DNA from: Vicugna vicugna
Lineage: Eukaryota
Direction of reading: 5' to 3'
Length of the DNA: 64,000 nucleotides
Assembly: GCA_013265495.1 (NCBI GenBank)
Contig: MU060707.1
Location: forward strand, 2,023,247 to 2,087,246
Below are positions 34,901-46,900 of the stretch, one piece after another. Below the pieces are notes generated by a model. It made no database searches. It saw only the letters and a program-made list of their open reading frames with translations, and had not been told where the DNA came from. Position numbers and translations under genes: made by a program. The first letter of the stretch is position 1; each line of letters begins with the position of its first letter.

Positions 34901-37900
34901 CATTAACCAAAAAAGTGTGGGCTAAAAATAGCCCACACTGCAGGGAGGTGAGGCCAGAGTACAGAAGAGGACTGGGTGTGGGGGAACATCATGGGCGCTT
35001 TGGACGATTGAGTCCCTATCCTTCCCTCTCTCCCTTCCACCCTAGAAAGGCTCTGGCCACCCCCTGGGGTGAAGGGCCCGGGTGCCTGGTCCCCTCCAAC
35101 ACACCGCAGCGCTGGCGGGACTGTGCTAGTGGATCTGCCCGGAACCTCCCCACTGTCATTACCTCCCCACACCCTGTTATTACCCATCCCCCACATCGTT
35201 ACCTCCCCAATCCTGGCATTACTTCCCATCATTCCCCGCTCCCCACACCATCACTGCCCCCCCTCCCCTCCCCCCACCACTGAGAAATCGGAGCTGGGAA
35301 CAATTAGCTAATAAGTAGGTAATGCACCAGGGTCCACGTCACTGACAGGGACAGAGCGCCACTGGGCTCCAGGGCCTGACCAGCGGGTCAGCTCAGGTGT
35401 CCCCTGGGAGCCCTCCCTGGTTCCAGCAGCCTCAGCTGTGTCCTGCCTGTATGATGGCTACCCTCAGCCTGGACGCCCTGTGCCTACCTGCCTCGTTCCC
35501 TCGTCACAGGCTCGTGGAGGGACACACGGTTCAGATGACCATGACCACTGCCCCCTCCCTCCCTCCACGGTCAGCACCCTGAAACTGGGTTTCCACCCTG
35601 CCCTGAAATGCTGCCCCTCCCTGCTTCAGTCCACTGCCCCTGCCCAAACCCTGCTCCTCCGCACTCCGAGAAACCTTCCTGTAAAGTGCCTGGGGAGCAG
35701 CCCCGCACTCCTCGCCCTTCAAGAACCACACCCCCTCCTCCCGTCACCCTGGACAGATCTGCCCAGTTACCACTTTCCTCTGCAGAGAGAGGACCTGATG
35801 AAGGGATAAAAGGTTCATTCTAACCCTCCTTTGGCCACTGACTGTCCACGTCAGCTTGGCTGTCAGCTCAGGGGGATACCGGGGAGATGAGGGGCAGAGG
35901 GGAGCAGACCCGCCCTGCCGACCTCCCGGCACGGCCATCGATCACTAACGCACACACCACTCTCTGAAAGCCAACACAAGGGGGAAAGGTGGCTAAGGAT
36001 GACGCCAAGCCATCTGTGTGCCCAGCCCAGGGCCAGTACAAGGCGGGCACCTGATACACACTTGAACTCCAACTTCTGCTTTCAGTCATGAATAAAGACA
36101 CAGGACAAAGGGAAAAACAACCACTAGAAAACCTTGCACATTAGAGCTCAAGTTCTGCTTAACTGTCTGAGTGGGTGATACTTCCAGTAACTTCCAAGCT
36201 GTGCTCACCTCCACCATGCAGAGCCACAGCGATGAGTGAGGCACGAGGGCGCCGCGCCGCGCGGTGCCCCTGGGCAGAGGGAAGACCCGGAGGCCCCTCT
36301 GCGGCCAGGTGCGCTCGCTTGCCCTCAGAGGCCTGGGCAGACGCTGCAGCTCGACATGCAGGTCCGGGTGAATGAGGCCCTGACGCTTGCTGCTCTGAGC
36401 AATCATCCCATCAGACACGCGCTATCCCGTGGACCGTGGACACAGCCCTCAGAGGTGCTCACTATGGGAGCAGTGTCCCCGGTCATAGGAGCAGCCGACA
36501 TGCTCACCCGACAGAGGAGGAAGCAGACGCCTAAGAGGCAGAGAAGTCCGCCCGAGGCCATAGCGGCCCAGGTGCACACGGGCAGGTGAGTGGGAGACGC
36601 TCAGCGGGGCCGTCATCACACCTCCAGGTGCCGCCACAGGGGTGTGCTGGGCAGGAAGAAACCCCCATAGGAGAGGCAGAAATAGGCAAGGTCCCTCCTG
36701 CCCCCTTCTTTTCAGGCCACTCTTAGGGCCTCAAAGGGCAACCTAAACTCCTGGGCACAGCCGGTCTCCTGTGACCCTGGGGTCACTTCCCAGGGGGGAC
36801 GGGGCCTATTCTGCCCACAGTTCCTACAGCCTCTCAGCCCATTTCTAGTTCAGGCAAACTAGGACTAATGCCAGATCAGGGGCCTGGGCAGGAACCGGGA
36901 TGGTACAGCTGAAATTGGGCATGACTAAGCCTTGTCTACACTCTCGCTCTGCCAACACGAGAAGCTGGTTTGAACCAACAAACTGATGAACAAGAAAGAA
37001 AAGCACCGAGACCCCCCTACTCAGGCCAGCAGGGGGACGGCGGCCAGTCCCGTCTGCATCTGAGACACTGCTGCCCTCCTGCCTGGTCCGAGCCGCCTTA
37101 CAGCTGCTCTGGCAGGTACTGAAATTTGGAACACGACTAACTCCTTTTTTGAGGCAGCAACTTGAACTCGACTCCTCTGTGCTGCTCACTTGCTTACCCC
37201 TCCCTCTACAGCCCTAAATGTGGCCCAGAGGACGGTGGCAGAAGCTGGAACTGGGTGGATGGGGACCCTGCACATTACAGCCTTGCTCTGGGGTGGTGAG
37301 GGCCGTGCAGATGCATAAGGAAAAGGCCAATCTCATCTTACAAGGTGCTACAGGTGGGTGTGGGGGGCCCTCCTGTCCTTCCTACTCCAGGCCAACTGAG
37401 CCTGTTGGAATCTTTCAAAGATGTTCGGCAACGCCTCACAGCTGCTCAGACATCCACCAGCATCTCTCCGTCTTCCCCACAACTCTGCGGTCCAGTGGGG
37501 GAGGGCCATCCCCACCCTGTTTCCCTGGGGGCCCAGAGGCACAACCAGCCTGAGGGCTGCACAGCCAGCCAGCTACAGCGCTGGCCTGTCACCCAACGTC
37601 CCCCATTCTCAGTCCACAGCCCCTGATCTCTGCTGGGTCCCTACCCTGGAAGACTTCAGGATGAGCTGTGTGCCCATCCTCGAGACAGGTGCCAGCCAGG
37701 CCAGCGTCTCTACGTGACACACTTGGGCCGGGGCCGCAGGGTAGGGGCAGTGTTCTCAGGTTAGAAAGAAAAATGGAAAGAAAAGGAACCTTCTAGCCAA
37801 GTCCCCGAGTCAGCCCCCAGAGAAGACTGGCAGGGTGGTAGAGCACAGGTCCGGGCCAACTCCGGACTTGAGTCCTGGCTCCAGTCACCTGCCACTGAGG

Positions 37901-40900
37901 CGCTCTGTGCTGGGTTTAATCCATACCAGCGAAGAGGAAATGATCCCTCCTTGCTCTCAGGGCAGGAAATGGAGCCCCGCCCACCCAGAGCCCAGATAAC
38001 AGCCAAGAGGAACCAAACAGACCTGGGGTGAGGTGGGGAGGGGAAGGGGCACAGGGAGAGGGAGATGGGGAGAGGGACTAGGACAGTCTCTTGCTGCCAC
38101 AGAAATCGCTGTCTCCCTCCTCCCTCCCCTGGGCCCAGCGCAGGATGCCCAGACTTGACTCAGCATTACTCACAGTACCTCATCCTGCTTAGGAAAAGGC
38201 TGACCTTGAACCACGCCTCCCACAGAGTGCCACCACCCACCCAGAGCAGCAGCCCTAGGAGCCCGCCTCCGGGAGGGAGGTGCAGGGCACTAGGGAGGGG
38301 CTCCGGGCTGCACCGCCCACCGGCCCTGCTGGGTGGCCCCTGGAGGAAATCAAACCTGTTTCATCACCAGTAGAGAACCTGGGGAGCTCCTCTGCACCTG
38401 AGCCGAGGAGATCTGTCTGGAAGAGCTGCCCACAGCCGAGTCCTGCTCTCTGGGGAACCGCTGAGGACTGCCACTGCCTTTCCGGCCACACCTTGCCCAC
38501 TGCTTATGATTCACTGTGTTGTCATCAAAGTTAACAAGGCTTCTCACTCAGTGAGCCACTAACGTTCCTGGGACAAGGCCCCAGACCTCGGCAAATCCCA
38601 GCTCAGCCACCTCCAGGGCACACAGCCGGCCGTAAAGCACCACATGCTCTCCACACAGCCACCGGTACTGGCTGCCTCTCTGGTGTTTTCACAAGAGAAT
38701 CGGGAGGGGGAGGTTCGGAACCACAGCCACCCTGGGACTCGAGTGCCGGCTGTCCCCTTCCAGGTACCCTCCCTTCCACACGCTAGCCTCAGACCACGGG
38801 GCAGGAAACCAGCATCGTGGGCTACCGTGGACCTGCAGGTGCTATGTATAGCTCAAATTCATGGTTACATTGCTCTCCTGCCCATATCCCCACACCCATC
38901 ATGCAGATGGGAAAAGTGAGGCGTAGAGAGGTTCAGAACCTTGTCCCAGTCAGGAAGCATGTGCAGAGCTGGCACTGAGACCCCAAAGCCATTTACACCC
39001 AAAGCCTGTGACTCTCCAGGCAAAGCGGCTAACTCTCCTCACTGTGTGTCACTTCACAGGTGTCACCTGCCCTCATCACCTCTCTCAGGGAGGTACCAGA
39101 GGGGCAGATACAGATATCCCTGGAAACTCACCTCCTCTGACATTTTGGTGGCTCAGGGGATCTCAAGCTGGTACAATCAGAAGGCAGACTGTTACGTGGC
39201 CTGGGCTCCCCTTTCTAACAAGGCACTTCCAGACCAGGACGCTTACCCAGTCACCCGATGTCAGAGATGCGTCACCACCCCTAGCCACCTACCCAGCCAT
39301 CCCAGGATTGACGGTGTGCAGTTGGGACCTTCTGCCATCAGCATCTAACAGGTCTAGACTCCGCCGGCTTCAGGTAAACCACAAAATCCACCCAAAAACC
39401 ACCCTATAGAGAGAAGCCCACTTACGCCAATTGTGAACTTGAACTTGAATGGTGGCCCCTCAAAGAACGCGGCACAGTTGTCATCGCTGCCAGTCACCAG
39501 GCGGTACGGCCGGCTCTGCTTGATGTCCACGCTGTTGATGACTTTGTTGTGTCCTGTGATCTCGCCCACGGAAGAGCCACTGTCCCACAGGAAGACGGCT
39601 CCGAACCTTCACGCAATGAGAAGAGTCACAGGAAAGAAAAAATCAGTCCCAGGAAGGTCACTAAGACGCAGGCAGTGGTGCTGGCAGCGCAGCCCTGCTC
39701 ACATCCGTGCTCCGTGCACGCTGCCCCAAGTGCGCAGGATTTTCTAACAAACAGGAGCCATCCCAAGTGCTTCTGGGAAGGGACTAGACGTCTGTGTCTT
39801 AGGTCCAGACCCAGTGAGCCTCCCACGTGAAGGTGCCTTAAAAGCACCTGCCAGGGAACAGCTCTAGGGCTTTGTCAGTTTCACAACAGTTTTACTGGCA
39901 GGGGGGTGGGGTGCACAAGGAAACACACAGTTACCCTTCCCTACTAGAAAGGAGACGCTGCCTTGTTCTCGGCTGGCAGTCAATGAAAATGTATTGTTTT
40001 GGTTACTCTTTGTAACTGAATGAAACAGGAATTAGGATCAACAGGAATGACTTGAAAAACTATGGAAGAATTAATTAGTACTGATCAGAACACACATTAG
40101 GATCCTCTGAGTAAGTTCCTACCAAGTTCAAGTGCTTGATGGCAGCAGAGGTGCCAGGGAGGGACCCTGACTGCACTTGGAATAAGGAACCCTGGGCCAT
40201 GGTACTGACCCTGCTGGTCCCTGGACCCAAGTGCAGCAGCCCGCTACGGCCCCTACCCAGGGTCCATGTGCCCCGCTCCTTAGTGAGGTGACTGTAGGGC
40301 TGTGCCCAGCTAAGGAACACACCAGCCCCCCCGGGCACCTGCTGGGAGGGACCCCAATATTGCTTAGAAGCCGCATCACTTTCAGCTCCCCCTTTCCTGC
40401 TGCCTGGAATGTGGGCACGCCAGCTGGGGTTCTAGGAGGCAAAGGGCCAAGGATATCAGATAAGAGAAGGTGCCTGGGCCAGGGACAAACCCTGGGGCTC
40501 TCTGCTGTTACACGTGGTTTTCCGTCACGCGGTGCTGAGGCCAGCCCTAAAGGAGACCCGGTTCCCACAGGATGAACACACACCAGACCAAGCCACACTG
40601 ATGTCACTGCGCCCTACCCACCAGGGGCGCCCAGGAAACAAAGCAAAGCAAGGGACAGGGCAGGAGGGGCCGGGCCAGAGACTCACTTCTCCCTTCCTTC
40701 CCCGACCACTGCGATCCTCTTACTGTCTTCCGTCCAAGCAATGTCCTTGATCTTCCCAGCGAAAGGCTGATACTCATACTTCAAGAGATGCTCCTTCTGC
40801 GTGGTATCCCAGATCCTCAGCTTCCCAGATATGTCTGCGGACACAACGGGGCAGTGAGGCCACGTTCACTACTGGGCCAGGGCCGCGTGGGCAAAGACAA

Positions 40901-43900
40901 ATTCACGCAGCACCGCCCAGGGTGTGCAGGCTTGCTGGAGACGGCTGGGGCCACAGCTGGGAGGAGGTGCGTGTTCTCAGGTCACTGTCAATCAGAGCCT
41001 GCTGCCTCCGTGAGGACCAGTATGGGGGCCTCTGCATTTTCCCGGTCATCACGGCGATCACAAGCCCTGAGTGTGCCACCTGGACACACGGTGGCAACGC
41101 TCAGGGAGCAGTTTGCTTTAGGACTGTATTCCTTTCCTTGTAGGGGGATCAGGCAAATTCCTTACATTCGGGAACTGAAGTTGTCATCTGCAAAGACCTG
41201 ATGGCACTAGTGATGCTGCCTCTCCTGCGCAGGGGCTGCAGAAACCGGGAGAAACGAGGGGTGCCAATGAGCCTGTGCCTGGGGGGCCTGGGGCATGCTG
41301 TGCCTTGCAAGGTGGCCCTCTGCCTCCGCAGGGTCTGCAGGCTCTTTCCCCCTGTCCCCCAGCCCCATGGCCGCACCTCAGGCAACGAGCAGCCCCGTTC
41401 GGTAGAGCGAGGCATCACCCCACAACTCGAGGCTGAGCCGAGAATGAGACCCTCTGGTGAGGCTCCACCCAGCACCGTGGGCGTTGCAAGGAGTCGTACT
41501 ACAGACAACTTGACACCAGGCCTGTTCTCACCGTAGCATTTGCAGCAGATTAGTAATAAATTAACACGCCCTCTCCTCCCTGCTGCCATCCGTCACCCAG
41601 CTCCACACACCAGCCCCCACACGTGCTTCCCAAACGCGCATCGACTTCCCCAAACGAGCAGGAAAAGTGGAACATTGTACACTAACTCTCGAGGCTAAAA
41701 CCTCAGCGCTGCGTGGCTCTGAGGCAAGTCCCCCAGCAGGTAAGCTTGCACTATCTCCAGGACCCCGGCCAGCGGGGCACTGAACACAAACTCTACAGCC
41801 AGTCCTGGTGGGAACGGCTTCCATCGCCCGTTCAGGCCCAGCCAACGGGGGGACGCCGGCTGCAGAGGCTGCCCTTGCCCTGCGAGGCTCTGTGGGCCTC
41901 AAACAGCACCGACAGCCCCAGCCACAGAGGGGATAATGAACACCAGGGGGCTGCTGTGACGATAAATGAGTCAACACACATAGTCTTAGACGAGCCCCTA
42001 GTGCACCGTGGGCTCCTGCAATGACTCAGTCTCAACCAGTCAGTGAACTAAGGCTCTGCAGGAGGCCACTGGAGGCGCACCCCTGTGGGCGAACACGGGC
42101 TCAGGGTCTGCCGTGGAACAGATGAGAAGAGACACCAGCAACCTTGTGAACAGGGCTAATGAGGGCGCCCCGGGGGCCCTGGTCTCTCTGGACGAGGTCC
42201 AGCCAGACCGCCTGGCATGCTGCCCGAGGCAAGTTCCAAAGCTGACCGCAGCCAGTTAAGCCCTCGGCTGAACAAACAGGCCGGCAGGGAAAGGAGAGGA
42301 AGCAGCAGAAGCGGGCGCCGGAAGAGGAGCACCGTGTGTGCAGGAAGGACACGGGTGCTCACGCGTGTGCACACGCTCACACACATGCTGGGCTGTGTGG
42401 TCCCCGTGCTCAGGCCAGTCCAGGGCGCTACAGGGAGTCATGGAGAATACAGCGTCTGCAGCACAAGGCCGAGGGTGCCCTGCTCAGACACCCCAGGGCC
42501 GCTCTCCCAGCTCCCCTGGCTCAGCAGGCAACCTGCTCCCCTCACCCTGCTGAGCTCAGGCCCCCTCCAGGCCTGGACTCACAGTCAGTTCTCCCACTAC
42601 CTCCCCCGCTCAGGCCATCAGCCTCTTCTGTTGGGTCCTGCTTGTTCATCTAATTCTTTTCAGAAGCAGCTGGGGCTGGAAAGAGACAGTGGCCCCATCT
42701 GACGAGGGCAGCCCTGACCAGGGGCCCCCGGGGGGCAGCAGGCACCTGCTGGCAGACAACAAACGTACACACGTCCACTCGTCCACTCGCTTGTGGGACA
42801 CAGGACCACGGAGAAAAGCACTGCGGTGCAAGGGGACAGACAGAGTGATGGTGGGGAAGGGGCTCCCTCCACAAGGCCTGCTCCTACCACTGGGGACACG
42901 TCTCCCCTCCAGACAACAAGCTGCACTGAGGGGAGTGACTGTGCGTGGGGAGCCTGCCCCCCACTCCTCCTGTAGAGCATCACTGGGGTCGGGGAGCCAG
43001 GTGGGCTTTGTGGTGCCCGTGGAGGCCTCGCCTCACATCCGCTCTGCAGTCTGGTCTCTCCTCCCTTGGTCCTCACCACAGGGACCCTCATATTCTTCTC
43101 CTCGGGGCATGGGGCGCCTATTCAGGAACCCCCCCCGCTGTGCAACCGGGGCGTGCTGCTGCCCGAGGGCCACCTGGGAACCACTGCTTGGGTGCCCAGG
43201 GGGCTGAGTGTGGCGCATGGCAGCTGCCAGCACCAAATTATCGGAGGAAGATGCCCTAGAAAGGGAAACTGGGCCTGAAATGGCTCTGCCCTGAGAACCA
43301 TCACACAGGATGGAGGGCCCCCAAGGGCAGAGACTGCTGTCTTGTTCTGGGCTGGGGTCCAACTCCAGGTGCGGGTTCCTCACACAGCCCTTCTGGAAGG
43401 TTTGCTCATTCAGCAGAATGTGGACCAGCGAGACTCAGAGGGATCTAGGGAGCCCGCAGAGGGCTGGAACCCCGTCTGGGAGTGAGGGCAGGCTTCCCGA
43501 GGTCCTCAGGACCCCTACACCGGGTACGTCACGTGCCAGGTACCCCACTTAGCCGGAGGGCACAGCACCTTCCCAGCCTCGCTCCTTCTCTACGTGCTAC
43601 ACTATTTTTATTTTTAGCCCGGGGCCCAGATCTCTGCAGGAAATGTTTTGTGTCTTTGCTCGATTCAAAGCACCAGCATGCTAGAAACATAAAGCACATC
43701 GCACAAGACCTGTACCAAACTCCCTGAGTTCCTGCTCCACGTCGGTGCCCGTACGAGCGGCCAGGAAAGGTCAGACCGAGCCTCCTCGTGCGTGCACCGC
43801 CCTCTGCGGCGGTCTCTGCACCGCCGGGCCCCACTGCTTCCCGTCTGGTTAAACGTCCCTCCCGGGGCCCAGAGGGCAGGCCTGGGCTTGTGGGTGACTC

Positions 43901-46900
43901 AGCAGCTGGGCTGTGGCCCCAAGCGCCAGGCGGGGACGCTATGCCAACCACATTTCTCCGTAAGACACAGTTTTCAGAGGCACTAGGGCCAAATCACGGG
44001 GCTTTAAATGAAGAGGCATTTTGCTGGCAAGCAGGGCTGGCGGAGGTTGGGGGGGAATCACAGGGCTCAAGTAAATCATAGGATATAAATAAATTAGAGC
44101 AAGTTTTACAGAAGTTGTCAGAGTAGGTCTAAACACAAAAATCATTAAGTGCCCACTAGGTGCCAGCTCCTGGCCGAGCCCTTCACACACAACCCAGGGT
44201 GGCCGGCGTCAGCCAGCATGCCTGTCGTCCTGGCGTGTCTGGGCGTTCAGTGACCCGCCACGGTGCCCTGCAGTGCCCACCCATGCAAGGGCTGCCCCAA
44301 GGATCTTACGTGCATTACCGCACTGGGTCCTCCCCAACCGACCTGGCAGCTACTAGCAGGCCCAGTTTACAGAAGAGAAAATGAAGGCCCAGGGAGGTGA
44401 GTTCTTTTAGGAAGGCTACGCAGCTGGTAAGGGGCAGGCAGCGAGGGCAGTGTAGACAAATGGCCACCAGTGTGTATGATCCCGGCCGTCCCTCACTGGC
44501 CACTTAGTTCCTCCAGCAATGCGCTCATTTCTGTCGCCGACAAAGCCCACGTCAGCTCATCCACCTGGCCCTTCCTGGGGCCTGAGCCCAGGCTGGACGC
44601 TGAGCGTGAGCGAATGAACGAGTAACGAACGAATGAATGTGGGTCATGGGTTCAGCCACTCTAATGTCTGTGCCTCCCTCTCTCATCTGTGAACAGTAAA
44701 AGAGCAACCTCCAAGGATTAGGAGAATAAAGTATCCTGCAACATGAAGACCTTTATGTCTCTCCTCTTACCCGGCCTCCCACGGGGCCACACAAAAGCCC
44801 GGCTGCAGGCAGCACAGGCCCAGACCACAAATAGAGCAGGACGCTTGCCTGAGGCCAGCGTTTTGCTCAACACAGGGAAAGGAGCAGCAAATAAAGGTGA
44901 TGCAAGACAAAGCCACAGGTCAGAAGTGCGCGCGCGCGCGCGCACACACACACACATAATGGGCTCAACTACATCATGATACAGCCACCCAGAGGCCTCC
45001 GGCCAACCTCATGTGAGCATTTCTGGTGACCTCCCAGTCGGAACCAGCTGGAATACTGCCAACTGCAAAACTCTGGAAAGGGACTTTTTGGTGGCTTATA
45101 CTTTCCTTGTCCCCAAGTGAAGCTAACCACACTGGTTCCACCCATCAGCCCTGCCCCCCACCCTCCTTGACTCACTTCCCTCTTCCTCCCTCCTCTTCCC
45201 CTTCCCCTCCCAGGCCAGGAGCCCAGCTTGGTCCCAGGACTGGGGGTGGGGGCCACACCACATGCACCCAGGAGCCACGCAGGCAGACAGGTACCTCCAG
45301 AGGCGATGTAGAATCCGCTGGGCGCGTACTTGGCCACCACCACCTGATGGGCGTGCTCGGTGTAGATGTCAGCGATGGCCGGGTTCTGCAGGGAGGAGAC
45401 CCCGAATGAACACAAGGGACACAGAAGCAGTCACACTGCTGTCCGTTCTCCTGGATTCACAGATTTGGGCGGGAAAATCACACACACACTGAAGTCAAAA
45501 CCTCCATAAAGAAAACCCCAGAAGAACACTTACCTGCCGCACTTACCTTCTCTGCATGATAGAATTCTAGGTAACTTTAACGCTTTCTCTTTAGTCTATG
45601 ATTATAAAATCCAAACTGATTTTCTTTCCTTTGTTTTTCTGTACTTGCCAGAGTACAAATAGGTATTTGTGAAACATACAAAGGAAATAAAAGTTTCATT
45701 GGAAAAAAAATTTTGACTCTGATTTTCTCCTACTTGTGAGAAGCTGCCCGTTGCTGCCACATTCTCAGCGTCGGCTGTTCTCCAGCCCCCACCACAGCAC
45801 GTCTCCCTATTCAGCCCCGGGCTGCCAGGCAGCGTATGACCCGAACCAAAGCCTCTGGCTCGGAGGTGCAGGAACAGGGCTGGGCAGGCAGCCGGGAGCT
45901 GCTTCTTGTCAAAATCGTGTTTGGGAAACGATCTTTCAGAGCACAAATCCAAGGCTGGCCGGGCTCTGCAGCAAGAGGGGGGCCAACGTCTGGGACCAGG
46001 AGCATCCTTAACACTCAGCAGTGAGGTTTTAATGTGTAATTTACTCAAATTACAAATCAGGGTGTTCCCCCGACCCCCTACACACACAACCAAGTGCGAA
46101 CCACTTGCTGAGAGCCTCTCCACGTCTCCACAGCCAAGCCTTCTGTTGGGAGGGAAGAACGACCCAGCCATCTAATCCCTGATACCCGCTGGCAGCTCTC
46201 TACCCAGCAAGTGCTCTCGCCGGAGGCAGCGGACACAGTAGGTCCCCGCCCGCACTCTACCAGCCACCCTCAGGATCCCCTGCCCCTCTCCTTGAACCCC
46301 TGTACTCTTTGCAGCCTCCCAGCCTCAGGATCCCCTATCCCACCAGACTGAGCCCAGAGAGGCGTGCCACCCTCCTGCCGCTCCTGCAGGCCCGTGTGTC
46401 CGTAATACTGTGCCCTCGCACACCTCCCCCAACCTGCTCACGCTGGCCGATCTGGCCTGGAGCCCTCTGCCTGAAGCCTCCTGTGCTGGCCACTTCTCTC
46501 CCCTGTGCTTCCAAAACATTCACCACGTCCCTACTGACCCTTGTGTCCCTCTCCTCCAGCTTTTCTTTGACCTGCTCCCTGTGCCTTTACCTCTTTATCT
46601 ATCACAGCACTTGGCAAAAAACAGGTGCTCAATAAATGCTATCTTGGAGAAAAAAGGTTTAGAGTCCTTTTACCCCTAGGACTTAACACTCAGCATCACA
46701 TGATACAGGAGGCACTTAATATATGGGGTTTGTCAATTAATCTGTCTCAGAATAAACATTTGCTCATGAAATTAGAAACACAAGCACCCAGAGATGTTCT
46801 GAATGACAAAGCAGCACACGAAAAGGCACTCAACGCCACCAGCCCTCTGGAAAACGCAAATCAGAACTCAATGGGAAACCTTCATAGACCCACTAAAGTC

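Noticed and set aside
34315-35283. Longest ORF in the track (322 aa, + strand)
   Set aside because: Antisense to WDR1 intron 5, has no recognisable domain and ends in a low-complexity Pro/His-rich repeat. This is expected in GC-rich DNA.
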